Shown here: positions 20,559-28,873 of the stretch, one piece after another
How positions within the stretch are numbered: position 1 is the stretch's first letter
Layout: each line of letters begins with the position of its first letter
Assembly: GCA_963762765.1 (NCBI GenBank)
Contig: CAVXMR010000035.1
Location: 59,084-123,083 of the forward strand
DNA: 64,000 bases
Direction of reading: 5' to 3'
DNA from: an uncultured Actinomycetota bacterium
Lineage (GTDB): Bacteria; Actinomycetota; Actinomycetes; Mycobacteriales; Pseudonocardiaceae
The notes under the pieces: model-generated
The model's database searches: none
The model's input: only the letters and a program-made list of their open reading frames with translations
Told to the model about the DNA's origin: nothing
Program-made: the position numbers and the translations under genes

Positions 20559-20912
20559 TCAGCGCGAGCCCTCCGGGTGCCGGATGGACGCCGTCCCCTT
20601 GCGGTGGTTCGCCCGGCCGTACTTGGTCTCGAGCACGCTTTCGAGTTTCTGCACGGCGCCACGGCACGCCTCGTCCACCGAACCCGCGTGGTGACTGACC
20701 GCGACCGGCTGCTGACCCTCGGGACGAGCCTCGATCACGCATCGCCGGTCCATCCCCTCGGCGGCGGCGGCGATTTCGTCGCTCACGTGGACTTCCAGGC
20801 GGGTGATGTGGTCACTGAAACGCGACAACGTCGATTCGAGGTCGGCCTCGAGGTGCTGAATCAAGGCGTCGCTGCCGTGGATATTCTTATCCGTGCTGAT
20901 CTGGATAAGCAT
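20559..20912 (-). CDS. HPF/RaiA-family ribosome-associated protein
   Basis: IQISTDKNI...LSRFSDHITRLEVHVSD...RCVIEAR; GAAAGGA RBS. Confidence 0.85.
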   Translation of the reverse strand: MLIQISTDKNIHGSDALIQHLEADLESTLSRFSDHITRLEVHVSDEIAAAAEGMDRRCVIEARPEGQQPVAVSHHAGSVDEACRGAVQKLESVLETKYGRANHRKGTASIRHPEGSR

Positions 20913-21002
20913 GCGTCGTTTCCTTTCGACGGACAACGGGGGCGGTGATGTCGAAGGCCACCGTCATGCGTCCATCATGTTCGCCGCGTCCCGGCCCGGT
21001 CC

Positions 21003-21041
21003 AGGGTCACTGGACCCCTGCTCGGAGGCCGAAAGGACCTT
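21003..21041. promoter_or_regulatory. Tandem DevR-like boxes upstream of HPF
   Basis: AGGGTCACTGGACCCC and AGGCCGAAAGGACCT. Confidence 0.5.
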
Positions 21042-21166
21042 CGACAAGACTCCATTTTCCGGTACCGGCGCGACCACCCGGCCGATAAAGTGCACCTATC
21101 GCCCCAGACCCCGGTTGCGTTGTGCCGACGAGACCCCGCCGGCCGCCTTCGGAAATGAGGAGAACC

Positions 21167-21346
21167 ATGCTCGCCATCCTCGCCGCAGTCCTTTTCGCGA
21201 TAGCGTTGCTCATCGAATTGGCCGGCCTCAGCCTGGGAACAATCATCACCCCCACCACGCTCACCACCGCCGGCCTGCTGTGTGTGGCCCTGCACATGTC
21301 CGGCGTCGCCACCGACCGCAAGAGGTTCGCCCGGCGGCGGCGCTGA
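21167..21346 (+). CDS. Small two-TM membrane protein
   Basis: GAGGAG RBS; two hydrophobic helices and an Arg-rich tail. Confidence 0.75.
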   Translation: MLAILAAVLFAIALLIELAGLSLGTIITPTTLTTAGLLCVALHMSGVATDRKRFARRRR

Positions 21347-21355
21347 CGGACGAAC

Positions 21356-22126
21356 TCAGCGGGCGGGGCGCGCGTCTGACCGGGCCAGCACGACGGCGGC
21401 GTCGAGTTCGCGGTCGGCGAGAGTCCGGGCGACTTCACTGAGCCGGAGGTTGTTCCGGCGGGCGTAGCTGCGCAGGGCGATGAACGCGCTGTCCATGCTC
21501 AGCTTGCCGGACACCGAGAGGACGCCCTTGGCCTGTTCGATGATCACCCGGCTGTTCAGCGCGGTCTGCAGTTGCTCGGACAGGGTTTCCCCACGGCGGA
21601 CGGCTCGTTCCTGAAGGATGCCGATGGTCGCCGTGTCTGCCAGTCCCTGCGCCAGTTCCACGTCCTCGGCCGACAACTCGCCCGCCGTATGACCGAACAG
21701 GTTCAAGGCGCCGATGGTCTGCTTACGCAGCCGCAGAGGCACGGCGTGGACCGACGCGAATCCGTCCCGGGCGGCCTCGGCGGCGAACCGCGGCCACCGC
21801 CGGGCCTGCGCGGCGATGTCAGCGACCAGTACCGGCGCGCTGCCGGTGAAACATTCCACGCACGGACCCTCGTCGATGCTGAGCTGGAACAACTCGAGAA
21901 GACGGGCCTGCTCGGTCGAGGAGGCGAGCACCTGCAAGCTGCCGCGCTCGTCGACCAGCGTCAGCCCTGCCGCGGCGACGTCGAGCAACTCCACACACTG
22001 CTGCACCAGCGTGTGCAGAAGGTCGGCGACGTCGTAGTCGTCGACCAACGTGTCGGCCAACGCGACGAACGCCCGGGTTACCTGTCGTTCACGGTCGGCC
22101 ATGCCACCCATCTCCTTATCTTTCAT
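21356..22126 (-). CDS. GAF-ANTAR domain protein
   Basis: LELFQL..EGPC GAF; LQTALNSRVIIEQAKGVL...AFIALRSYAR ANTAR. Confidence 0.93.
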   Translation of the reverse strand: MKDKEMGGMADRERQVTRAFVALADTLVDDYDVADLLHTLVQQCVELLDVAAAGLTLVDERGSLQVLASSTEQARLLELFQLSIDEGPCVECFTGSAPVLVADIAAQARRWPRFAAEAARDGFASVHAVPLRLRKQTIGALNLFGHTAGELSAEDVELAQGLADTATIGILQERAVRRGETLSEQLQTALNSRVIIEQAKGVLSVSGKLSMDSAFIALRSYARRNNLRLSEVARTLADRELDAAVVLARSDARPAR

Positions 22127-22148
22127 CGGTGTGCCTTCATGGTGGTCC

Positions 22149-22874
22149 TCAACCGGGGTCTTCGTCCAATCTCAGCCGCCGGGCCACGATGTCGGCGGCG
22201 ACGTCGAGCAGCGGGCGGCCGTGACCGAACGCGTACGCCCGCATCCTGGCCAGCGCGGCGGAGGCGGGCAGGTCCAGTTGCGCGATCAGCATGCCGGTGG
22301 CCTGGTGTACCTCCCGGTGCCGCATCCCCGATCCCTCCATCCACCGCCCGTCCCCGTCGAGCCAGTGCTTGACCCCGGACAACAGTCCCGACAACGCGAG
22401 AGCGGCGATGTCGGCGACCTGCAGGGCGGTCGACAGTTCCTCGGCGCTCAGGGAGCCCGGGGTCGCGCGATAGGTGTCCAGGGTCGCCACCCGGACCGCC
22501 CCGATCTGCACCGGGAACGTGAACAACGCCGCCACCGGATGTTCCGCGGCCTCCGCGGCGAACATCGGCCAAGCTGGCGGGAGCCCGGCGGCGAGGTCGG
22601 GCACCAGCACCGGGCCGCCGATGAGGTACGCCTCGAAGCACGGGCCTTCACCCAGGGAAAACTGCAGCTCAGCCAGCGCGGAACTCACCGGGTCACTGGC
22701 GTAGACGACCTCACGCTGCCCGGGCTCGACCATGACCGACACCGCGGCGCCGTCCACCGGCAGCAACCGCACACACGCCCGGCACACCCGGCCGACGACG
22801 TCGACACCGCCGGCGGGTCCGCCCTCGTCGAGCGCCGCCAGGACACCGGCGCGCAGCACCTCGACCTCAGCCAT
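22149..22874 (-). CDS. GAF-ANTAR domain protein
   Basis: ELQFSLGEGPCFEA GAF; VHQATGMLIAQL...ALARMRAYAF ANTAR. Confidence 0.9.
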   Translation of the reverse strand: MAEVEVLRAGVLAALDEGGPAGGVDVVGRVCRACVRLLPVDGAAVSVMVEPGQREVVYASDPVSSALAELQFSLGEGPCFEAYLIGGPVLVPDLAAGLPPAWPMFAAEAAEHPVAALFTFPVQIGAVRVATLDTYRATPGSLSAEELSTALQVADIAALALSGLLSGVKHWLDGDGRWMEGSGMRHREVHQATGMLIAQLDLPASAALARMRAYAFGHGRPLLDVAADIVARRLRLDEDPG

Positions 22875-23053
22875 CGCGAGCCATCCGCTGACCCCTTTCG
22901 AGCCGGTGTTCGCCACCGCCACACCAACTCGGAAACGACAAGGTCCAGATCAGCTCCGCCACCGCGGCTGCGCCCAACGAGCCTACTCGCAGCCACACGA
23001 ACGCCGGGCGACGATCCGTGCCCGGCCACGATCGTGTCGGCGTCGTCGACGAG

Positions 23054-23620
23054 TCATAACGCACAGGGATCAAGGGCGTCGGTGATGCGGCGGCGCAGGG
23101 TGATCAAGGCCCGATGCTGGCTCACTCGGACCGCGCCCTCGCTGGCCATCCCGAGCGCGCCGGCGGTTTCCCGGGCCGACAGGCCGACCAGGACGCGCAA
23201 GATCACGACGTCCCGCTGCTGCGAAGCGAGCCGGGACAGCAAGTGCTCCACCCGCTGGTGCCCCTCGAGATCCCCGTCGTGGCAAAGTGGTTCGAGCGCC
23301 GCCTGCCTGGGCTCCGCGACCGGGGCACTGATGTCACGCCCACCGCGGCGGCGGGCGTCGACCACCTTGTGCGCGGCGATACCGAAGACGAATCCCAGGA
23401 ACCTGTCGACATCGTGCCGGTAGCCCGGCAACGCGCCCAGCACCCCGAGGAGAATTTCCTGAGCGCAGTCCTCCGCATCGCTGTCGCGCCGGTGCTGGCT
23501 GCCCAACCGCGCGCGGCAGTAGCCCAGCACGGCAGGGCGCAGCATCCGCAGCAGCGCGTCCGTCGCGTTCCGGTCACCCGCGACCGCTGATACCAGCAGT
23601 TCGCGATCCATTGCAAGCAT
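23054..23620 (-). CDS. ECF sigma factor (SigD/ShbA-like)
   Basis: AEDCAQEI, FGIAAHKVVDA region 2; GLSARETA...GAVRVSQHRAL region 4. Confidence 0.88.
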   Translation of the reverse strand: MLAMDRELLVSAVAGDRNATDALLRMLRPAVLGYCRARLGSQHRRDSDAEDCAQEILLGVLGALPGYRHDVDRFLGFVFGIAAHKVVDARRRGGRDISAPVAEPRQAALEPLCHDGDLEGHQRVEHLLSRLASQQRDVVILRVLVGLSARETAGALGMASEGAVRVSQHRALITLRRRITDALDPCAL

Positions 23621-23792
23621 GGAGACCCCGACCTGAGAAACGAGCATCTCGGTACCAGGGTCCGGGGCGATATTCGACGCTACGTTCCCCCAACCGGCCG
23701 CACAAGGCGGAGCGCGGACCCTTCACCCGTTTGCCTCCGCGCCCGTCCGCCCGTTTTCTCCACTGTGGACGAAATTCGCCGGGATCTCGTTG

Positions 23793-24047
23793 TCAGCACT
23801 CGCCCTTGGCCGGCGAGGTGACGTCGATGACGTCCTGGTATCGGATCCAGCGCACCGCGTAGGAGGGGCCTTCGTCGGAGACGACGGGAATCAGGACGCC
23901 GCTCTCGCCGGACGGGTACTCGGGCTGGCCGGCGAGGGTGCCGGTGCGCGGGGATCGTGGATCCGCCCCGGTGTAGGTGACTCGCCAACGACCGACGCAG
24001 AACGCGATCTGCCGTCTTGGCCGGTGGCCCGGAGTTCCGCTCGCCAT
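23793..24047 (-). CDS. Small hypothetical protein, apparent paralogue of 7386-7646
   Basis: AAGGAG RBS; shares motifs with the 7386 ORF. Confidence 0.65.
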   Translation of the reverse strand: MASGTPGHRPRRQIAFCVGRWRVTYTGADPRSPRTGTLAGQPEYPSGESGVLIPVVSDEGPSYAVRWIRYQDVIDVTSPAKGEC

Positions 24048-24207
24048 CGCATGCTCCTTGTGCACTGAATGCTGCGGAGCCGAGGTCTGGGGCAGTCCGG
24101 AAAGCCTAGGCGCTCTTACGCCATCTACCGGTGAGATTCCCCCGAAGGGGCTAGTGCCCGAACGTGACAAAGGGGCAGGCACCGTAGTGCCCACCCCGTT
24201 GATGATG

Positions 24208-24618
24208 TCAGCTCTTCGCGACCTGAATCTTCAGTTGCCGGTCGCTCGGCTGCTCCGTGTGCGGCATCGAGACTTCGAGAATGCCGTCGGTGTAGCGCGC
24301 GCTCATCTTGGACGCGTCGGCTCCGGCCGGGAGCGAGGTGGTGCGGCTGAACGAGCCGTAGCGGAACTCGCTGTGGCCGTCGTCGGTCTCCGGTGCGTCC
24401 CGATCGGCGGTGATGGTCAACAGGCCGCCGCGCGTGGTCACCGAGATGTGCTTGTCCGCATCGAATCCGGGGAGCTCGGCACGGACCGTGTAACGCCCGG
24501 CCGTGCGGGACTCCTCGATCCGCATCGGATTGTGCTCACCGAACGGCCAGGGGTTCTCCAGCCATGCGGCGATGCCGGGTAGCGTCAGCCGAGGGTTGGA
24601 CACCAGCGAAGTCGTCAA
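24208..24618 (-). CDS. Hsp20/alpha-crystallin
   Basis: GAAAGGAG RBS and TTG start; RAELPG, SEFRYGSFSR, ARYTDGILEV. Confidence 0.9.
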   Translation of the reverse strand: MTTSLVSNPRLTLPGIAAWLENPWPFGEHNPMRIEESRTAGRYTVRAELPGFDADKHISVTTRGGLLTITADRDAPETDDGHSEFRYGSFSRTTSLPAGADASKMSARYTDGILEVSMPHTEQPSDRQLKIQVAKS

Positions 24619-24702
24619 TCTCCTTTCACGACGGACATTTGCCGCCTCCCTGAGTGAACCCCTCTGGCCTGGTTCGCGATACTGCCGCACGACCTCGGAG
24701 AC

Positions 24703-24718
24703 GGGGTCGTAGGTCACA
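24703..24718. promoter_or_regulatory. DevR-like box upstream of Hsp20
   Basis: GGGGTCGTAGGTCACA resembles the 8509 site GGGCCGTTGGTCAC. Confidence 0.5.
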
Positions 24719-24940
24719 CACCGGGGTTCCGGCGGCGCAACCGCTGGCGGTACCGGGTCGGGCCGGACTACCCTGATAGCGCATCTCGCCGCTCTCCTGC
24801 CCGGGCCATCCAGCGCCCGGTGCCTCGAAGAACCGCTCCGGACCCGGCGGCGCAAGTCCTCATTTCCCTCGACGACACGGAGAAACGTGCCGGCGAGGCG
24901 TCCGTCGAGCCCGAGAAGCCCATCGCGAGGAGATCCGCTC

Positions 24941-25996
24941 ATGACCGCCACGACCAGCGAGCTCGATCCCGGCCAGATCGACCAGCTCGGCAAAGAACTC
25001 GACACCCTGCGCCAGCGTGTCGTGGCCGACCTCGGCGCCGCCGACGCCGACTACATCAACAATGTCGTTGCGGTGCAACGATTCTGCGAGGTCTCGGGCC
25101 GGGTACTCCTGTTCGCCGGCTGGTTCCCGCCCGCCTGGCTCGGCGGGGTCGCCGCGCTCGCGTTGTCGAAGATCCTCGACAACATGGAGGTCGGCCACAA
25201 CGTCATGCACGGCCAGTACGACTGGATGAAGGACCCGGCGCTGAATTCGCAGACCTTCGAATGGGACATGGTCTGCCCCGGCGAGCACTGGCGCCTCTCG
25301 CACAACTTCATGCACCACACCTACACCAACATCCTCGACAAGGACCGCGACGTCGGCTACGGCATCATCCGGATCACCGAGGACCAGAAGTGGCACCCCT
25401 ACTACCTCGGCAACCCGTTCTACACGGCGGCACAGGCGTTGTTCTTCGAATACGGGATCATGCTCCACAACCTCGAAGCCGACCGCATCGTGCAGGGCCG
25501 GCGCGACTGGGCCGATGTCCGGCCGCTGCTCGCGCCAATGCTGCGCAAGACCGCCAGGCAGGCCGGCCGCGACTACGTGTTCTACCCGTTGCTGACGGGC
25601 CCGCTGGCGCCGCTGACGCTGGCCGCGAACGTCACCGCCAACGTCGTCCGCAACCTCTGGGCGTTCGCGATCATCTTCTGCGGCCACTTCCCCGACGGCA
25701 TCGAAGTCTTCCGCGAGGAGGAAACCGAAGACGAGAGCCGGGGACAGTGGTACCTGCGTCAGATGCTCGGCTCCGCGAACATCACCGGGAGCCCGCTGTT
25801 CCACCTGCTGTCCGGGAACCTCAGCCACCAGATCGAGCACCACCTGTTCCCCGACCTCCCCTCCCGCCGCTACCCCGGGATCGCCGCCGAAGTACGGGAG
25901 ATCTGCGAGAACTACGGGCTGCCCTACAACACCGGTTCCCTGTCGAAGCAGCTCGGCTCGGTCATCCGGAAGATCTTCCGGCTGGCGTTTCCGTGA
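24941..25996 (+). CDS. Membrane fatty acyl-CoA desaturase (DesA3-like)
   Basis: His boxes HNVMH, HNFMHH, QIEHH. Confidence 0.92.
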   Translation: MTATTSELDPGQIDQLGKELDTLRQRVVADLGAADADYINNVVAVQRFCEVSGRVLLFAGWFPPAWLGGVAALALSKILDNMEVGHNVMHGQYDWMKDPALNSQTFEWDMVCPGEHWRLSHNFMHHTYTNILDKDRDVGYGIIRITEDQKWHPYYLGNPFYTAAQALFFEYGIMLHNLEADRIVQGRRDWADVRPLLAPMLRKTARQAGRDYVFYPLLTGPLAPLTLAANVTANVVRNLWAFAIIFCGHFPDGIEVFREEETEDESRGQWYLRQMLGSANITGSPLFHLLSGNLSHQIEHHLFPDLPSRRYPGIAAEVREICENYGLPYNTGSLSKQLGSVIRKIFRLAFP

Positions 25997-26807
25997 GTGT
26001 CTGGCGGGCCGCCGCGGCGTAGTGCGCGGTGACCACAGCTCCGCTCATCGCCAGCAGCACACCGGCGACCACGACGGCGCCGAACCCGGCCCGCACCCGA
26101 TCGTCGAGCCAGACCAGCCCGATGACCGAGGACAGCGCGGTGTTGGTGGTGAACATGATCGCGTTGACCGCGGTCGCGCTGCCTTCCTGCAGGGCCGACG
26201 CGAACACCACCGCCGCGGTGAGTCCATTGAGGACGATCGCCGACACCGACAGCCACACCGAGCCGGGAGAGCCCAACGTGCGTGCCGCGACACCGACAAC
26301 GCTGAATCCCAGACCCGCGCCGAAGGCCAGCACCGGAGCGGCCCACGAACGGTGGCCGCGTTTGGCGTACCAGGCGATCGCCGCGACCGGGAGCGCCATC
26401 GCCGGGAGGATCCAGCCCCAGCCCGGCGGCAGCGCCCGTGCCGGGCCGGGCTGCGCGGACAACCCCAGCAGGATCAGGCCGACGGCGCCGACGGTCAGGG
26501 CGGCCCAGCCCGCCGCGGCCATGCGCGTACCCATGAACGCGGCGATCGTGGCCGTCACGCCGACGCTGAAGGCCAGCACCGACTGCACGAGGAACAAGGG
26601 CAGCCGATGCAGGGCCGCGGTCGCGCAGGCGAATCCCGTCAAGTCGGCACCGAGACCGAGGAAGTAGATCCGCTGGCTGCGGAGGCGGACCAGAGCCAGG
26701 GCGGTGCCGCCGTACGCGCCGGCTCGCCGGACGCCGAGCGACTCGAGGATCGAGCCGCTGCCCGACGCCAGCGCCGCCAGCGCGGCGAAGGCGTATCCGA
26801 GGATCAC
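25962..26807 (-). CDS. Multi-pass membrane protein (DMT/EamA-like)
   Basis: About 9 hydrophobic helices; GTGA overlap with the upstream desaturase. Confidence 0.75.
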   Translation of the reverse strand: MILGYAFAALAALASGSGSILESLGVRRAGAYGGTALALVRLRSQRIYFLGLGADLTGFACATAALHRLPLFLVQSVLAFSVGVTATIAAFMGTRMAAAGWAALTVGAVGLILLGLSAQPGPARALPPGWGWILPAMALPVAAIAWYAKRGHRSWAAPVLAFGAGLGFSVVGVAARTLGSPGSVWLSVSAIVLNGLTAAVVFASALQEGSATAVNAIMFTTNTALSSVIGLVWLDDRVRAGFGAVVVAGVLLAMSGAVVTAHYAAAARQTLTETPAGRSSG

Positions 26808-27772
26808 CGCTTCCGGTTGTCGCGCGGGGCCGTCATGCGGGCAAGTCGTTGCGGAGTGGGCCAGCGGACGTGAGTCGCCCAGCCGAGCTTCTCCAGTAGC
26901 CAGATCACGCGTGCGGAGATGTCGATCTGCCCGCGCAGCACGCCATGGCGGGCGCAGGTGGGATCCGCGTGGTGGGAGTTGTGCCAGGATTCGCCCATCG
27001 ACAGGATCGCCAGCGGCCAGAAGTTGGCCGAGCGGTCGCGATTGGTGAACGGCCGGGCACCGATCATGTGGCAGATCGAATTCACCGACCAGGTGATGTG
27101 GTGCTGCAGGGAAACCCTCGCCAATCCCGCCCAAAGGAGCGCGGTCAACGCGGCCCACCAGGATCCGCCGATCAGGCCGCCGAGCGCGCCGGGCACCAGC
27201 ACGGTAGCGGCGACCCAGAGCGGGAAGAGCCGATCGACCATGCGGATGTCGGCGTCGGCGGCCAGGTCCGGGGCGAACCGGGCGATGTTGGTCTTGTCGC
27301 GGCCGAACAGCCAGCCCAGATGCGCATGCCAGAATCCCCGCGCCAGCCCGAACGGCGACGTGCCGTAAAGCCAGGGCGAGTGCGGGTCGCCTTCACGGTC
27401 GGAGAAGGCGTGGTGCCGGCGATGGTCGGCCACCCAGCTGATCACCGGGCCCTGCGCCGCGAGGCCCCCGGCAACCGCGAGAGCGATCCTGAGCGACCGG
27501 GTGGCGGTGAACGCTCCGTGGGTGAAGTAGCGGTGATAGCCCACCGTCACACCCAACGTCGTCACCACGTAGAAACCCGTCGCGATGCCGATGTCCACCC
27601 AGCTCAGTCCCCATCCCCACACGAGGACGACGATCGCGACCAGCGCGAGGAACGGGGCGATCAGGAAGATCCGGATGGTGATCAGTTCGGTCCGGGAATG
27701 CTGTCCGGAAAGTAGTGGCTTCGGCCCTGCCGGGAAGCGTGGCGGCGACGTGGTTCGTTCCGGTGCGGTCAT
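26804..27772 (-). CDS. Delta-9 acyl-CoA desaturase (OLE1-like)
   Basis: GYHRYFTH, HRRHH, DPHSP, GESWHNSHH. Confidence 0.93.
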   Translation of the reverse strand: MTAPERTTSPPRFPAGPKPLLSGQHSRTELITIRIFLIAPFLALVAIVVLVWGWGLSWVDIGIATGFYVVTTLGVTVGYHRYFTHGAFTATRSLRIALAVAGGLAAQGPVISWVADHRRHHAFSDREGDPHSPWLYGTSPFGLARGFWHAHLGWLFGRDKTNIARFAPDLAADADIRMVDRLFPLWVAATVLVPGALGGLIGGSWWAALTALLWAGLARVSLQHHITWSVNSICHMIGARPFTNRDRSANFWPLAILSMGESWHNSHHADPTCARHGVLRGQIDISARVIWLLEKLGWATHVRWPTPQRLARMTAPRDNRKR

Positions 27773-27897
27773 GACTCGGCTCCTGCCGACCGCTCCTGAT
27801 GCGGCCTGGCTTCACGATCGATCGTCGTGAGGGCAAGGGCTGGACTCTCCGGCGCTGTCAACCCCCGATTCTACGCTCCACAGGCGCGGTGAACCGG

Positions 27898-28056
27898 TCA
27901 GCGTGTTTTCTCCGGCACCGTATCGAGGACGTGCACCAGCTGCACGGCGAGTTCGAATGCGGCTTTATCGTCGAGCGAGGTCTGGGTCTGCACGACGTCC
28001 TGAGCGAGCTTCACCCGTCGTTCGTAGCGGGAGACAAATAGGGTTTCAGTGGTCAT
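27898..28056 (-). CDS. DUF6307-like small protein
   Basis: YERRVKLAQD...AFELAVQLVHVLDTVPEK; family recalled from pattern only. Confidence 0.65.
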   Translation of the reverse strand: MTTETLFVSRYERRVKLAQDVVQTQTSLDDKAAFELAVQLVHVLDTVPEKTR

Positions 28057-28076
28057 AGCCCGACCTTTGTTACGCG

Positions 28077-28120
28077 CCGAGGACGACGCGGGCTTGATCG
28101 CTCGCGTACGAGATGCTCTC
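28077..28120 (-). promoter_or_regulatory. 44-nt conserved leader motif, copy C
   Basis: Reverse complement GAGAGCATCTCGTACGCGAGCGATCAAGCCCGCGTCGTCCTCGG, 20 nt before the ATG. Confidence 0.75.
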
Positions 28121-28345
28121 GACACCGTCTACGGTACGCCGCACGGGTGGAACATCAGCGGTGGGGTGCGGAAAGTGAGCTCTTCCGCGTAACCGTTGGT
28201 GACTTTGGGTAGCGGTGGCCCGGGGGCGATGGCGACACGCTGAACCTGTTGCTATGCAACAGAAGAGCACAGAACACCGATCGGCACATACGAAGCCATC
28301 AACATTGTCAGATTGCCTCCAGGCCGAGACGGCAAGACGCGTTTT

Positions 28346-28873
28346 GATCAAGTCGGTGCGGATCAGCCGGGCCAGGGCTCGGCTGATGGAGTCGTCGACC
28401 CGATGCCGACGCACGAGCGCGCCGAGATCCTCGATGGTGAACCAGGCGACGGTCAGTCCAGCCTCGATCGCGGCCTGTCCGAGCGCTTCGCAGAAGTGCG
28501 ACTTGCCGGTCCCGGACGGTCCGCAGATGCAGAGATTTTCCTTGTTCCGCACCCATTCCAAGGTTTTCAGCGAGTCCTGGGTGGGCCGCGCGATGGAAGA
28601 CGCCTGCTCATCCCAGTCGCCGAAGGTCTTGCCTGCGGGGAACGCGGCGCGTTTGCGGCGGGTACGCAGGTTCGCGGCGTCGCGGCCGGCGGCTTCTTCG
28701 GCGAGCAGGACCCGCACGACTTCTGCCGGGTCCCAGCGTTGCGCCTTCGCGGTCGGGATCAGGTCGGTCAACGCGCGCCGCAGATGCGGCAGCTTCAGCC
28801 GCTTCGTCAGCGCGACGGCTTCGGCGAGGGGGTCACCGGCGGGGCCGGCGACGCGCAGTCCAGAGGTCATCAC
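28346..28873 (-). pseudogene. istB: IstB ATPase, truncated at Walker B
   Basis: Walker A GPSGTGKS; similarity stops at LIRTDLI. Confidence 0.85.

Noticed and set aside
28070-28345. C-terminal part of the istB ORF
   Set aside because: Not ATPase-like; read-through beyond the truncation point.
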